From Phoronis australis (Eukaryota; Animalia; Phoronida): a stretch of 64,000 bases of DNA. The stretch lies in the NCBI GenBank assembly GCA_002633005.1, contig NMRA01000257.1:455612-519611 (forward strand), written 5' to 3'. Shown one piece after another: positions 12,571 to 42,300 of this stretch; positions within the stretch are counted from its first letter, which is position 1, and every line of letters begins with the position of its first letter. The position numbers and the translations under genes are program-made. Below the pieces are notes generated by a model. The model did no database searches. It was not told where the DNA came from and saw only the letters and a list, made by a program, of their open reading frames with translations.

Positions 12571-15500
12571 TCATACCTCAAATTTAGAGACAAGCAATTA
12601 CACCTTGCCGCTAATCTCCTGACATGTTTTATTTGACTGTTGCACAAGAGCCAGACACGTTTATCTGAATCAAGAGTTCAGGATTCACATGTTGACTGTC
12701 CCTAATAATGTTGTGCTGCAAACCAGTACTTGACATAGATATTGTTTGCATTGCACTTCCACATAATGAGTAAAACCTGCATCAGACAAACATGGAAAAA
12801 CAGGTCATTCAAATAGTTTCACATGACCCTACTATGGATTTCTAAAACTTTAGAAATGAGTAACACGGGTTTTCAAAACTGCAACGAGGCGGATCCTTCA
12901 GAAAAACAAACTTGTTGTGACAGAGTGGTTCATGGCTGGCAAGTCTTGGTAAGCGCCAATTACATAACTGTGGTGAAAACTTGTACATGTGATGCTACCA
13001 ATGTAGATGGCAAGCAAGACTCAAAAATTTAGTTTCCACGCTTTTACCATTTTGAAAATAACTATAACAAAATTATTTCTAATGATGCTCTGAAAATTCT
13101 AGTCACTCAGCAACTTTTTTTGGACTGGTGACTGGGTGAATGGCTAAGCATATTTTTGCATGACTCAAATTAGTTTACCCAATTGATCTTTTGCGTAAAC
13201 ACACAACCTGCCTGCGTTCCAAAAACTTCATTTTCAAATATTCATGTTTGGGTTTCTGCCTAGCCACCCCCATACCTAACTTTCGATTTACCCAATCTAA
13301 GTGCACTGAACCAGGACGAGCACAGTAAACTATTGTACACTTCCTGCTTTACAATAGGAAGTGATAACAAAGTATTGTTCAAATCTGCAACAATGAAAAA
13401 CTATTAATCATGAGTCCATGAGTGGGAGATCATACCACCTTCAGTAAGTAACCATCAGCAGATAAGAACAAAAATTAGACATAATTGGCATCTAACAACA
13501 GAAGTTTCATATCAGTGCTCGATTCAGCTTGTCAATGCGACTTCAGATTGTCTTTGTCGACCTGGGAAAAATGTCAAGTCGTCACAAGTAGATAAGCCAG
13601 CCAATAATTCACCTGAAATTTGCTTCAAAGATAGGGGTGGCTCCCAAACTTTAAATTAATAACATTTTCCTAGATTTACCGTAATACCTTTTCTTTACAA
13701 TTTTTCCACTTATTTCGTGACATCAGAACATTTACCACCGACAACAGTTAGCACATATCAAGCATGTGTTCAAATCACAACAGGGAGTAAACAGGTGGAA
13801 GTCAGAATAGTTTGGCAAAAATCAGGTAAGGTCAAACCAGAAAGCACGCGCCTTCAGTATTCCCGACCATCTGCGTTCTCCATTGGTGACAGTCGTGAAT
13901 AACTTATGAACTCTAGTAAACATTGTGGTAGGTCGATTTGGGGACTCCTTTTGCATGACGGAATAACGTCTGTGTTGGATCTTTGGATTGGACGATGTAA
14001 ACAAACTGGAGTGCCTAGTGCATGGTGTATATTTACAGGAGAAATGAAATAGGTATGCGTAACGCTTAATATTGGTAACAGCGACAATTTCTAAATTTTT
14101 TTGTTGGACAATTCCCAACCTCATTGTTCATTTGCCGACATGGGATTTTTGCTAAGTTGCATATGGCGAGTTGGCATTAAGCTAAACGTCGAGTACTGAC
14201 GTATAACAAAAATGTCCATAGCGCATAGCGTGGAAAAATTGAAAAAATATATACCGGTATGATTCATGACAACATCAGGCAAATGACCGTCGACCTCACT
14301 GGTCACCACAAATGTGTGAAATTTTAGAATTCAGGCATGATATCCAAAAATATGTGGTTGTAGTTACCCAAAGAAATCACACCTTTAACGACTAGGTTAT
14401 CAGGTTTTCAGAGCAGACTTGGCTATTTCGAAATGCGAGTTTTGTGTTTGTAAAATACTAAAAATAACACAAGCTACTTAAAATCCCGAAGAAAAAACTA
14501 GATATTTTAAGCATTTTATTTTCACAGGTTTCTTATCCCACACAGTCCCTTGCTAGAGGAAAAAAACATGGTTATGGTGCCCTAGTTTGTCTGGTAACAG
14601 GTCAGCAGACAGACACACGATAGGATATTGGTAAGATCAGGAAATGATCAGTGCCCACACAAGTGCCTCTGGAAACCAGCATATATTTGAAGTCATGTGA
14701 CAGTTGGTGACCACAAGCATACCAGGGGATGTAGGCCTAATCGTGGCAGAAAGAACTGCATTCAACAAGTTATGTCAATGGCTTTGATGTGCTCCAAACA
14801 TTAAACCCTTTCATAAAATTACTTCAGTATATAATCTAGGATTGAAAAACAACTGAGACACACCGATGAGATATGTGACTGAATATTTATTGGTCACTGA
14901 CACGTTGTAAGAAAGAAGTTATGTCCAAATAATTACAGAAATCATGACTATAGCTGGCTATCAGGTTTTCATGTACCACGCAACTAAATGGACAACCCGA
15001 CTCAAATTTAGACATCCTGCCTTGAACACCTTGTTCAACAATTGGATACATACAAGTAAAGGAAGCAAGTTAGCATTGGTGCCTTTGATCTTTCTAACAG
15101 GAGCTCTGGTGTTCTTTGCTTATGTAGGAAAAATGTTAGTTCAGATAAAATTAACTTTATTGCAAACTTGTGTCATCGCAGAAAAATTCTGAAATTTTGA
15201 CTTGGGATTGTAAAAATGCAGTTACATGACAATGGTCATAGACACTTCGAGAAACAGGGAAAGTCATTTTGAACACCCTATTTTGAAATCCTGGATGAAC
15301 CCTATTTGGTCGGATAGTCCATAATTCCTAAATTCAGTAAACATGAGGGACATTCCAGGAAGGTGGATTGTAATCAAGCTTTCTGTCCATTTCTATGGAG
15401 TGCTCAAGCCATCAGGCCTATTGACACATATGTCAAGATGATGGAAGCATAACAGCCTCACATACTGACAATCATTCAGCAAGCTGACATCAAGCAAGCA

Positions 15501-17514
15501 AACATCAACACGGGGTCACCCAGGTGAAATTAAGACTAGGAAAATATTAAAAAATGCTGTTTAGGTCATATACTCACTGAACAAGAATTCACTTTAAACC
15601 AATGTCATGAAGTGAATTCATGTCCTTGTTGGGAAAATTTGACTGTTATGATAGATTTTGTAAAACTGTAAGAGAAGGTTATGTGAGGGGATGCTTGCCT
15701 ATTGACTCAGACAACACCTACACAGCAACACCATAAACGTAGGGAGAAACTATGAGCCTCAGACATGTGGTATTCTGGCATATTCAACTGTTTCCTTGTT
15801 ATTTGACACCTTCTAATGAACACAACATAGGCAAGCTAGCACTGCACAGAGCAATGTATAGTGTACAGCTAGCAGTAAAATGTCCGATCACAAACCAACT
15901 TAAGGTAGACAAGAAAACGAAATGTATCTTCACTCATGTTTAAAACAACCCAAGGATCTTTACCAGAATCACTTTTAGCTTGATTGATGTCAATAAAGTG
16001 ACAGTTAAAGCCCTAGTCTTGGTCTTCTCCACAAGGAGTGAGTTGGGTTTCACTGGCTTCAAACTTTTGTCACTCAAAAGTGTTGGGGAGTTTACTACCA
16101 GTTCTCAAGCAGTGCAATCCATACATTCTTTTTATGCCTTACGCCTTGACCTAGATAGCTTTTAGTCACTTTTGGGGCTTCAAGGACTCACCAAAAAAGT
16201 GACCCGTATTTGTCACGAATGACCTACATTTGTCACAATTGACAGCATGAAAATTACAGAAAATATCTTTGCATTCATCAACATTAATCCAGCAATGATT
16301 GGCAGTTGCATGTATTTGGGCAAGTTGAAAATATTAAAGATGTCCTTCTATGCTTGGAAGGTAATTACAGCTTAAAACGGTAACACTGTCACCACTGTCT
16401 AGCTATGGCTTAGACAGGTCCCCTATCTGAGGTGCCATGTCTCAATGCGGCTGGCAGATGGGTGACCTCTCCATAACCCTCTACACGTTTCCCATTGACT
16501 GTAAAACATGACAATAATGGAGTTCAGTCATCTAATTTCCTCAGCGGAATGAAGGACTACTCGGGAAAAAATTTTCAGTGCTAGAGTAATTGTTTGAGCT
16601 GGAAGTGGAAGAAATTCAACTGCATTCAAAGGTTTCCATCTACACTCGAAAGGCACAGGCACCTTTATCAGCTGCTTGACGTGACTGCAAAAGTGAAGTT
16701 AATGGGTTCCTCTTCAAAATGGCTGCCAGTTTTCACTCAATAATGGGTTTCTGACATTTTTCCTACTCAGGCAACCACGGTGCCACTTCATCACCTAAAA
16801 CTTTACAAAAATATACTTGGATTAATTGGTGTACGGCAACAACAGTTGCACGGGTGCCTCAGTCAATGACGAAAGTTGATTTTAGTCGAGTGAAATGTTC
16901 ATACTCATCCCCTAATACGTGACCTTACATATATTTTTAACAGTTATGCTCACTGTGAGTTTACGGGGAGTAGAAAGATTGACCAGTTATTTTCAAAGTG
17001 CTAAGTTATTTAAAAAGATACATAAAATCTAGCCTAATTGTTATTTTTGATTTTAATTTCCGTACTTCAATATGGCTACTGAGGAGGCAAGTTTTCGCTG
17101 ACTATAGCTAGCAGGATGGTTAAATACTTCATATCAGTAATACAGGTATTGAAGCTTGACTTGACGTTCATTCAGTGAGAATGGAAGTGATGAGGCAACG
17201 ATCAACTTCCCTCAATGGCACCCAATATCCTACATGAAGGCTCACCTTCAGAAGCAGGCTAACGTGACCAACCCTTCTAATTTTTCTGAACAATTCAAAC
17301 TTCTGTCTCTTGACTGCGCTGGTACAGCATAGCCACGAAGGGGTGACCTGGGATTTTTAGTAAACAAAATCTGAGGTAGCAAAAGCTTCCTGCATGTCAC
17401 CAAATCAAGCCCCCCTGTAATTAAACCATCTAAATTGTATTTTTAGTCAGTGGAAACTCACCGTGTCGGTGGCTAATTTAGATCGGTACAATGAATATGT
17501 ATACGTCATACACA

Positions 17515-19495
17515 GGTCATGTTTAATAGTTTTACGCAACTGACATTGATGAAGGTTTTATGAGAGCCGATAAAGGTTGCTATGCAAGTTTTGCCAATGT
17601 TAAGTGTAATTTGCTATTCCAGTATACAGGATAGATTTTCGAATGTCAGTAAAAGTGGCTCAAACGCATCCCTCTTCAAAATGGCTGCCGAGAACCAGTT
17701 TTCACTGAAAAATGGCAATGTCCGTTACGGAATGAAATTGGTTTCCAGTAGCCATTTTGAAGAGAGATGCACTTAAGCCACTTTTACCACGGCCTCCTGC
17801 CTGGTAAGGATTACCTCGGCCTCATCAGGCCGGGCCAATACTGCATGAGCTTCTTGACCTAATTTTAGAGTAGGCTTGGAATTAGTCCGTTGTGATACCC
17901 ACTATTAGTAAACTGGGGAACACAAATAATCACAAGTTCTTAAAAGGGTACAGAAAATTCGCGTGTCCATATCTGGATACCATCACAAGGCACAAAGACG
18001 AGACAAATTTGAGAAACAGAACATGATTTTCATTCAACAGACGATAAGAAATTCAATGAAAACTACAGCAATTTAGTTAATGAAATTAACACCAAATTAA
18101 AAGGCGTTGTGAATTCGATTGTCTTGTCTCCTCTCATAACAAAGTAACTGAGAACACAACGAAATATCCTACAATGAATACCTCTGGACTTTCAATTTGT
18201 TGCGATGCCATGTTGTGTGAAATCCAATATGGAGAAGGTCACGTGTTACCGGCAACTTCAAATCGAGACCGACTGACCCTTTTCTCCCGGGGTTACTCCA
18301 AAGCACGCGCGCTCGAGACGTGCTACGCGCTTACAGGCACTAAGGCTGGTAAACATTATTGGGAGGAATACCGTTTTATCCGACTTCGCCAAATTTTGCC
18401 CCTTCCCCACGAAGTCCAAAATTTTGGATTTCTCGTTATCACCATAATTTCCGCACCACCTGGTCGCTTATAGTAATTCGCACCCCTAACACCGCACTAT
18501 ATAAAGGCGGGNCATGTCATGTTTAACAGTGTTACGCAACTGACATTGCTGAAGGTTTTATGAGAGCCGACAAAGGTTGCTATGCAAGTTTTGCCAATGT
18601 TAAGTGTAATTTGTTATTCCAGTATACAGGACAGATTTTCGAATGTCAGTAAAAGTGGCTCAAACGCATCCCTCTTCAAAATGGCTGCCGAGAACCAGTT
18701 TTCACTGCAAAAATGGCAGTGTCCGTTACGGAATGAAATTGGTTCCCAGTAGCCATTTTGAAGAGAGGTGCATTTAAGCCACTTTTACCACCGCCTCCTG
18801 CCTGGTAAGGATTACCTCGGCCTCATTCGGGCCAATACTGCATGAGCTTCTTGACCTAATTTTAGAGTTGGCTTGGAAATAGTCCGTTGTGTTACCCACT
18901 ATTAGTAAACTGGGGAACACAAATAATCACAAGTTCTTAAAAGGGTACAGAAAATTCGCGTGCCCATAACTGGATACCATCACAAGGCACAAAGACGAGA
19001 CCAATTTAAGAAACAGAACATGATTTTCATTCAACAGACGATAAGAAATTCAAGGAAAACTATAGCAATTTAGTTTACGAAATTAACACCAAATTAAAAG
19101 GCGTTGTGAATTCGATTGTCTTGTGTCCTCTCATAACAAAGTAACTGAGAACACAACGAAATATCCTACAATGAATACCTCTGGACTTTCAATTTGTTGC
19201 GATGCCATGTTGTGTGAAATCCAATATGGAGAAGGTCACGTGTTACCGGCAACTTCAAATCGAGACCGACTGACCCTTTTCTCCCGGGGTTACTCCAAAG
19301 TACGCGCGTTCGGGACGTGCCACGCGCTTACAGGCACTAAGGCTGGTAAACATTATTGGGAGGAATACCGTTTTATCCAACTTCACCAAATTTTGCCCCT
19401 TCCCCACGTAGTCCAAAATTTTAGATTTCTCCTTATCACCATAATTTCCGCACCACCTCAGTGGTCGCCAAATTCGCACCCCTCACACCGCACTA
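17515..19495. repeat. ~1-kb near-identical direct duplication joined at a single N (probably two alleles or an assembly overlap)
   Basis: 17515-18497 matches 18516-19495 with scattered SNPs and small indels; there is an N at 18512. Each copy contains a ~140-bp palindromic MITE (GTAAAAGTGGCT...AGCCACTTTTAC). Confidence 0.85.
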
Positions 19496-22400
19496 GGCGT
19501 GTGATTTATTATTTGGGAAGAAAATCTTGAGTACATGCAAGCATCAGAAACACGAGTACCAAGTTTTGACCATAGGGGGATAAAGATCGCTTTTTAAACG
19601 TGAACACGTTACGCGCCTTATGTATACTTGTTTCCCGGACTTTTATTTAGGAATTTGCCAGAATAAAATCACAGTTCTAGGGGGGTTGAATTTCCTCAGT
19701 AGGCCTAGGCCTAGGCCTCAGTAGCATCCAGCGAAAGGATACCAGGAGATATAGTTTCACTTTGGAATGACTAAGAGGGCGGAACCGATCTCTCGGAAAC
19801 TTCTGAGAGTAAAAATGAGGCCTTAGGTAGGCCTAACATTCGTTTCATTGACTTTGGTCTAGTTGAAGAAGTTCATTTTATTGATGCTTTCAAGGCAGGG
19901 TGTTCGATCCGGGGTTCCCTGTACATTTCAAAATCCCTTGTTGAAACAAAGGTAGTACTGGTAGCAAGTGTTTATTCAACTGGATAAAATCGCATTGGGT
20001 GAATATACATACCTATAGTAAACGCGGAGCCCTAGCCATAGATTCGGCCTGTGTTTCAGGCACGGGAACTGAGCCGCTGTACAGCCCTAGGACGACAAAT
20101 GATTCAGAACTGACCGAACGTCATCAACCTGCGCCAAAACTCACTAAAATACCGATTTGGTAGAGAGCTATTTCAGGCTGTCAAAAATCAGCTCCAATGC
20201 ACCTGCTTCAGCGCGGAATGATAGTGACTACCCTTAGCCTGACTCTAAAGTTCACTGAACCATTATCAATATATTTTAAATGTCAAAAATCGTCTCAGTC
20301 ACGGTACATGCTAAACATGAAAATAAATCAGAAACCAATGAAAACTTGACATTTTGAGCTCGTCACTGCTGGCAACACAATAACTAATGAACTAAACGCC
20401 CATACAGCCCGCCCCTTTGAGTTCACCGTTGCTTAACGTGCAAGACTTTTTCCGAAATCACCGAATGGAAAGTTCTTTCGAAAATAATTGACACTGAGGC
20501 AACTGGGGAGCATGGGAGATGGACAGGGTATCCCACGAGAGTTTCGAGGCCCTCACGGAATACATTTTCAGAATTTAATCGTGTTTGACGTGAATTCTGG
20601 TTCATTCCAGTCGTAGTGTGACGGTTTATTAGTTAACTTTCACACGTCGGGAATCGCAGAAATATATGCTTACAATAGGCCTAGTAAAGTACATTGGACA
20701 TCTTAATTCGTTTTAGACATGAACACTGTACAAGCTCATCAAAAAAAAACATTCCCTTATCTACACGCCCGAGTTTTTTACGAAGCATTCCCTCTTCATC
20801 AACAATGTTTTCCCGGCAACGAGCTTCAAAAATGATATTCTTGAAATTGCTTGGAAAAAAGTGTAGATATTGTGATCGTTATAAAACCACTGGGAGTGTT
20901 ACTGTACTTCATAAACAGAAGTATTCAATTGTTTAAACTCCTTCTTTTCGATGGCGGTCAATGCTTTGTCAATACAGTCCGCTCACATGTTTGTGTCGCA
21001 TGTCTCGATGCTGTTCTACTGTACATTAACTTATGCGGTTTTCTCGACCACTGAATTAGAATTCTTATCTTTTCCCCTCGTGAAAAGTTGACATTGTCGG
21101 ATTTAGAGGGGCAAAAACGGCAATTACCTCGGGCCACTTCATCAGGAAAGGATCCCGCACAGTTTCTAAAAATTTTGAGCATGGCTCCTTTGAAAAACAA
21201 AACGTGCTCTTATGCCTTGGAAAATGGTCGAGAAAATATGTGCATAGATTTTCAAGAGTAAACTGATTCAGACTTTTAAATCCAAGAACACAAAGCTGTA
21301 TTTCTCTAGGGACCCTTCTCTGGAAAGAAATGTGTAGCCACATATCGCTCTTTTTCCGTATTTCGAAATTCTATATCAGTTGATATAAACGCCAACTCCG
21401 CTTTGGCGTGGGGAGGACTGAAGGGGGGATGACATCCATCGCTACTTGTTGACTATTTTTCTTATTTGTACCCTTTTCCCATCGGACCACTCACAGAGGG
21501 GCTGCAATGATGAAATCAATTGTCTCTCTCTCTCTCTTTCCCTGTTTGTGAAATTGTAAACATTTTGTGTTAGGACGGTGACTCGGTAATGGGGAAGGGA
21601 GATGACACGATGATGGATTGGTACGGTATCAAAAACTTTAAACGTGATACTGTATCAAAAAAGAAAACAATAATATTGAACAGGATTGAGTTCAAGCATA
21701 GAAGCACGCGATGATCACTCTGAATTTCACAAAGGCAATATTCCCCCGATTTCAAAGCAATAAAATTATCGTAGTTGAATATAAAGTATTAAAAGGCTCG
21801 CTGTATCGATCAGACTGTCACGAGCATGATTTTTGATGACCGAGTCCAATGGATGTTCAACCAATTTGAATAAATCTTGGAGGCAAGAACTAGATGTCAG
21901 AAATCCACACCAGACACAAATGCCATACAGACTGGGTTGCACATGCTCGGTTAGTTAGTAACAACAAAATCCTTCAGATGTCGCTCACTCACCCTTGCGA
22001 CACTTCCGTGGCGCGAGTACAAAAACAGAGAAAAGGTAGGGCAAAAGAGAGTCCTTATGAAGGACATCAACGGGGTAAAACAATTATTGTGATGAGGTGT
22101 CCTTGTGGAGAGGGGCCAGCCTTGGTTGTTTCGCAAACATGAAGTTATTGAAGATGTGACCTGTCGCGAATCGGTTACTCCCACTGGCACTAAGTTACAC
22201 TTTCCTTCTTCCGTACTTGTGTCTAGTCAGCTAATGTTGATTAGGGAATGTTGAAGTTAGGCCTACTAGTACTATTTATTGAATTCCAGTCTGTATTCAG
22301 TGTATTGTAGGGAATTTTCACATGACATACTTACGTATCACAAGAAGCCAACAATGTGTTATTTCTTAATGACTGGTTGTAGCACTACATCCTCAGCACT

Positions 22401-23380
22401 AGACAGCTGAGCCCCGGCGAGGATATCTCTCGTCTCAAATTACATTCATCACCTATCTATTGGCGGATTGGGTAGGCTTACGTGGTCTTCTTGTTCATTC
22501 TCAATGTTCGAATCGTCCTTTAACAAATTTATTTCATTCACATACCACGGATATTCATCCAAAATGTTGTTTCACTATCTGATTCATCCCATGATCAGCT
22601 TGTGAAGCACAATCAGCCAAGATAATCATTGGGAAAGGGGGGAGATGAGCCTAATTTATTTCGGTATGTTAGGTAAATGCTTACTGCATCCAGGGCAGAA
22701 TTCAGTAGCTGTCCCGTGCTATAAAAATCTTGCTAAAATCACTTGCTCTCATTTAAAACAAACGGCATTGTCTCACATAATCCCGCGTTACTTAAATTTA
22801 CCCAGATTGGTGAAATAATGAGATTTAACTATTTAGTTATGAACATTTGAGCCATTGATTTCATAATTTCTAAGTTGGGGTATAGTCCCATTATAATTGT
22901 GGCTCCCAGTGACCAGTGAAGGCAGCCTGTCCCATACCTTCCCCCAAACACTTTTTGATCAATTGTTAGAGTCACAGATTTTTGTCCTTTAATTTTAAGA
23001 ATTGGATAACTCATTCTTCATTTCTTTGATCTGTAATTTGGAGGTGATAGTTGTGAATCATGAAGTCAGTCCATGGTCGTGAACGGATTTGGGATTGTGA
23101 GGAGGTAGAATTTTATGCCTTCTTTTATCAAAACTATTTTTCCAGATATCGCAGAGGTACAACAAAACCTCATTTGGCCCACAGCCTGATTGTTCAAAGT
23201 GGGTGGTTTGACGTTGTTTGAGTTGTCATTGAGCTGTCAATGTCCAGGGTTGCACTTGGACTTGGTAGTCAGATTTGATGGGCATGACCAAAAATGACCA
23301 ATGTCGTCCCTGTTTATGATGTTATTTTTGCTGTGTAGGAACTGCTCACCGTTGATTAAATTTGCAGCAAGCAAGTCATA

Positions 23381-38529
<15,149 letters not shown>

Positions 38530-38742
38530 CGCCATTATTACCATGGTTATTGACTTGGTTGAACTACAAATACCTCTTACCACATTTATTGTTGAGTATT
38601 GAACAAAATGCTGTTTGCTATCATGAAATTAACCTTTTACGTTTACCAGTGACTTGTTATATTAATTTAAAAGAGAAAATATAAACTCACGTTTGCTTAT
38701 TTAGCACGGAGCTTCATCTTATCTCCTTTAGTTGACTTCACT

Positions 38743-39020
38743 GGTAGACGTAGTCAGCACGTGACACTTAGACCGACTTCTCAGGTAGAAGTAGTCACCA
38801 AGTGACACTTAGACAGACTTCTCAGGTAGACGTAGTCACCACGTGACACTTAGACAGACTTCTCAGGTAGAAGTAGTCACCAAGTGACACTTAGACAGAC
38901 TTCTCAGGTAGTCGTAGTCACCACGTGACACTTAGACAGACTTCTCTGCTAGAGGTAGTCACCACGTGACACTTAGACAGACTTCTCTGCTAGAGGTAGT
39001 CATCACGTGACACTTAGACA
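38743..39020. repeat. 41-bp minisatellite (about 6.5-7 units)
   Basis: The unit GTAGACGTAGTCACCACGTGACACTTAGACAGACTTCTCAG repeats with period 41 (e.g. 38826, 38867). Confidence 0.92.
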
Positions 39021-39323
39021 TGTTTCACTACACAGACACTCCTCTACTCACACCTCTGTTCCATTTATTGCTACAATACACAGCACTCAGTCATCCACAA
39101 ATCACAGTCACCATAGGTATAGCTGTACTTGGCTGTTCGGGGGGGTTGTATGTCGCAGTTAGATACATGTTCACCATACAAACACCAAGCTCACCAGACA
39201 TTCACTGCACTGGAGTTGCCGAAGTAAGTGAAGATACAAGGAAAATTCAAGAAAGGATTGACAAAGTACACAATAAGAACTGAAATAACCAGAACATCTG
39301 CAGGAAGCCTCGCAAGTGAGTCT

Positions 39324-42300
39324 TCACAAGCCCGAATTCCCTTGACCCTCACTCGCTGAAACATTTCGGAATCGCAAATTCTTGGTATCCATCAGGACAG
39401 TCCAATCCAATCCTATTGTGCAATTATATAGTCTTTGTAATTAACTAGGGAGAGCACAGCGTAAAATGTAAACGACATTTGAGATAAAGTACTTGGAATA
39501 TTGGTCTTCTCTTTAATCGTAATTGGCGGGTCAATGGCTCACTTATTTATTCATAGACACGTGTACGCCAAATTTATTTGGTCAGTCTTAGGCATCTCTA
39601 TAGGTGTAATATTAATTCAGCAATCAAATAGATTTTGTTGTACAAACTCCAATGCTTTGCTTCTTTGTTAACCTTGTAGGTCAGTTTATAATCTAGTTGT
39701 TTTGTCTTGAGTTTTCGCTTCAACAGGGTTCAACACACTTCTTATTTGTAATTGAATTTTTAAAAAAATTCACGTTTTGTATTTTGGTCTTTGCCTTCTG
39801 CGAAAAATGTGGTCCACCGAATTAGCTTTTCGGTTACAGCCCTCTTAACAAAGTCGCCTCTCGCAGAATGTGAAATTTACATGACTAACTGAAAGGTCAC
39901 CTCTAATTGAATTAAAGATCGAAATCGATTTGAAAACGTTAATTTCGGTGTTAGACATCAGTTTTATGTTGCCGATTTGAATTACATTTCCTGGTTCACC
40001 TCTCGATTTGAAAACGTGTTAATTTCGGTGTTAGGCATCAGTTTTATGTTGCCGATTTGAATTACATTTCCTGGTTCACCTCTCGATTTGAAAACGTGCT
40101 AATTTCGGTGTTAGACATCAGTTTTATGTTGCCGATTTGAATTACATTTCCTGGTTCACCTCTCGATTTGAAAACGTGCTAATTTCGGTGTTAGACATCA
40201 GTTTTATGTTGCCCACTTGAATTACATTTCCTGGTTCACTACTCTAGTTTTCTTACGTCAGCGTTTTTATGACTTTCGGTGTTTTGGCTAATTTCGGAGT
40301 TTTTCTTCAGTAAATTCAAAATTGGATTTGAATTCAGTAACACCTCTCTAATATCCTTTTCTCATAGAATTAGACTTGTGAGATGCTACATACATTTTGT
40401 ACTGCTTTACGGATCTGAGACATGGACAATGAATAAAAATCTGGAGAATAAAATAGAGGCCTTTGAAATGTGGACATTCAGACGGATGGCAAGAATCAGC
40501 TGGACAGAAAGAATGACCAACAAAGATGTTTGTAACTTGCTCAAAATTAAACCATCACTCCTAAATACAATCCAAACAAGAAAACTGAAATACTTTGGTC
40601 ACATTGAGAGGCATGACATCATCTGCAAGAACATAATGGAAGGAAAAACACAAGGGGTGATAGCAAGAGGTAAACAACGCAGAAAGTGGCTGGACGACAT
40701 CAAGGACTGGACGAATCTATCACTGCAAGAATGTACCAGAAAGACAAAGAGCAGAGCAGAATGGCGGGTCAATTCAAGTCGACCTCTAAGGAGATGACAC
40801 GGGAGAGAGAATATCTATGACTTGGGTTTTCTTATATTTTATCCACTCAGACCACGTGACCAATACAGCTTCAGCAGGTGTCGTCAGGCTTACTAGAAGT
40901 TCAGTCGACAAAATACTACTCAAAACATGGCGCTGCGCTTAATCTACTTTTCTAAAAGTTTTCGTAGACCTCATGTTTACTTTCTTTTCGTAGTTCAACT
41001 GTTTTCACCTGTTTTAAACTGTTCGTGTAAATGTTTATGGGTCTATAAAGAGTTATTAATATGGAGCGCTACACCGGCAGGGCCATAAATGGTCACTGTG
41101 GAGGGCAGTATGCTATGCACAGCAGGCTGTGCGATGTAACTCCGTGACTTCATAGTTTTAGATTTTTAAAGATGTTTCACGTACCCTGGAACTTTCTAAT
41201 TTCGCAAATAGTTGATGAAATACAATTTTCTGACTGACATACCTGGACAACTCTCTTCTTCTTGTGGTGCTCCTAGACAAAATCTGCCTGGCTGCGGCTC
41301 TGGGTTGTTACAAGAGCGTTCTCTAACTATACTTTGCTGACCCGGCGACGTGCAATTTCCCCAAGATCCCCATTGGCTATACCCTCCATACAAAGCTTTT
41401 TTACGAAGATTTATTACTCCAATCCATGGTTCTGAAATGGAAACTTGTGCACATTCCCTTTCATCAAACTGTGATTTAATTGACCTCGGGATAGTGAAAG
41501 CTTACTGTTAGTCGGGTTTTCAGCTCTCAGCTGCATCCAGGGCCTTATCTCTCTATTGGCGAAGTCGCCCAAAACTGAATTTTTTTGTTGTTTTTAGTCC
41601 TTCTACAGTACCTTGAGTGAGTCACACAACACGAATTTGTGTGGAAAATAACACGAGTTCGATCTGCTCAGTGATGCAGCAAAGAGCGGCCTTTTATCAA
41701 CGTTCGACTAATTGGAACGTTCATTATCTTCCGACTACAAGAAATGTGTCTTCATTCTTTTAACCAAGTAGAGGCCAGCTTCACCATCCTTTGACAGTGT
41801 TACTGCTCCTATCAGTACCGGGAAAGAGTGAAGCGACTCCTGCGCGACACTTTTCTTAATTTTTGTAAAGTTGTTTATGAGAGAAATGTGTGCAAAAGTA
41901 CTCCAAACTAAAATGTCTTACTGTACAAGTATCCATAAACCTCCATTCTCAGAGACTTCCAGTCTTTGTACTTGACTGGTACCACTCTCACATGTTTAGC
42001 TCTCACCGGCATTGTCAGTTCTTGGTAAACACTTGTGTCCGTGTCTGAATTGCCTGCAAACTGGTTCATACACTCAAGTCATTTTTAGGTTACTCAACGG
42101 TTTTCCAAAAAAATTGGAAATTACGGAGAATTACACTTTAGTCAGAGTATATAATGGCAATGCTAGAAACCGAAATTTATCAATTTTTTGACATCAAAAT
42201 GACAGCGATGACTGGAATTAATAGTTGAAAAATGAATAATGTTCTATGTGACGTTAGAAAGTTTACTTTGCTTTACTTGTTTGAAGTAAATTGTACCTCT

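Noticed and set aside
17515-19530. Duplicated 99-aa and 135-aa ORFs as a tandem gene pair
   Set aside because: No recognisable domain. The copies are joined at a single N and differ like alleles, so this is most likely an uncollapsed haplotype overlap.
38743-40239. CRISPR-like arrays
   Set aside because: The units are contiguous with no unique spacers, the context is eukaryotic and there are no cas genes; these are minisatellites.
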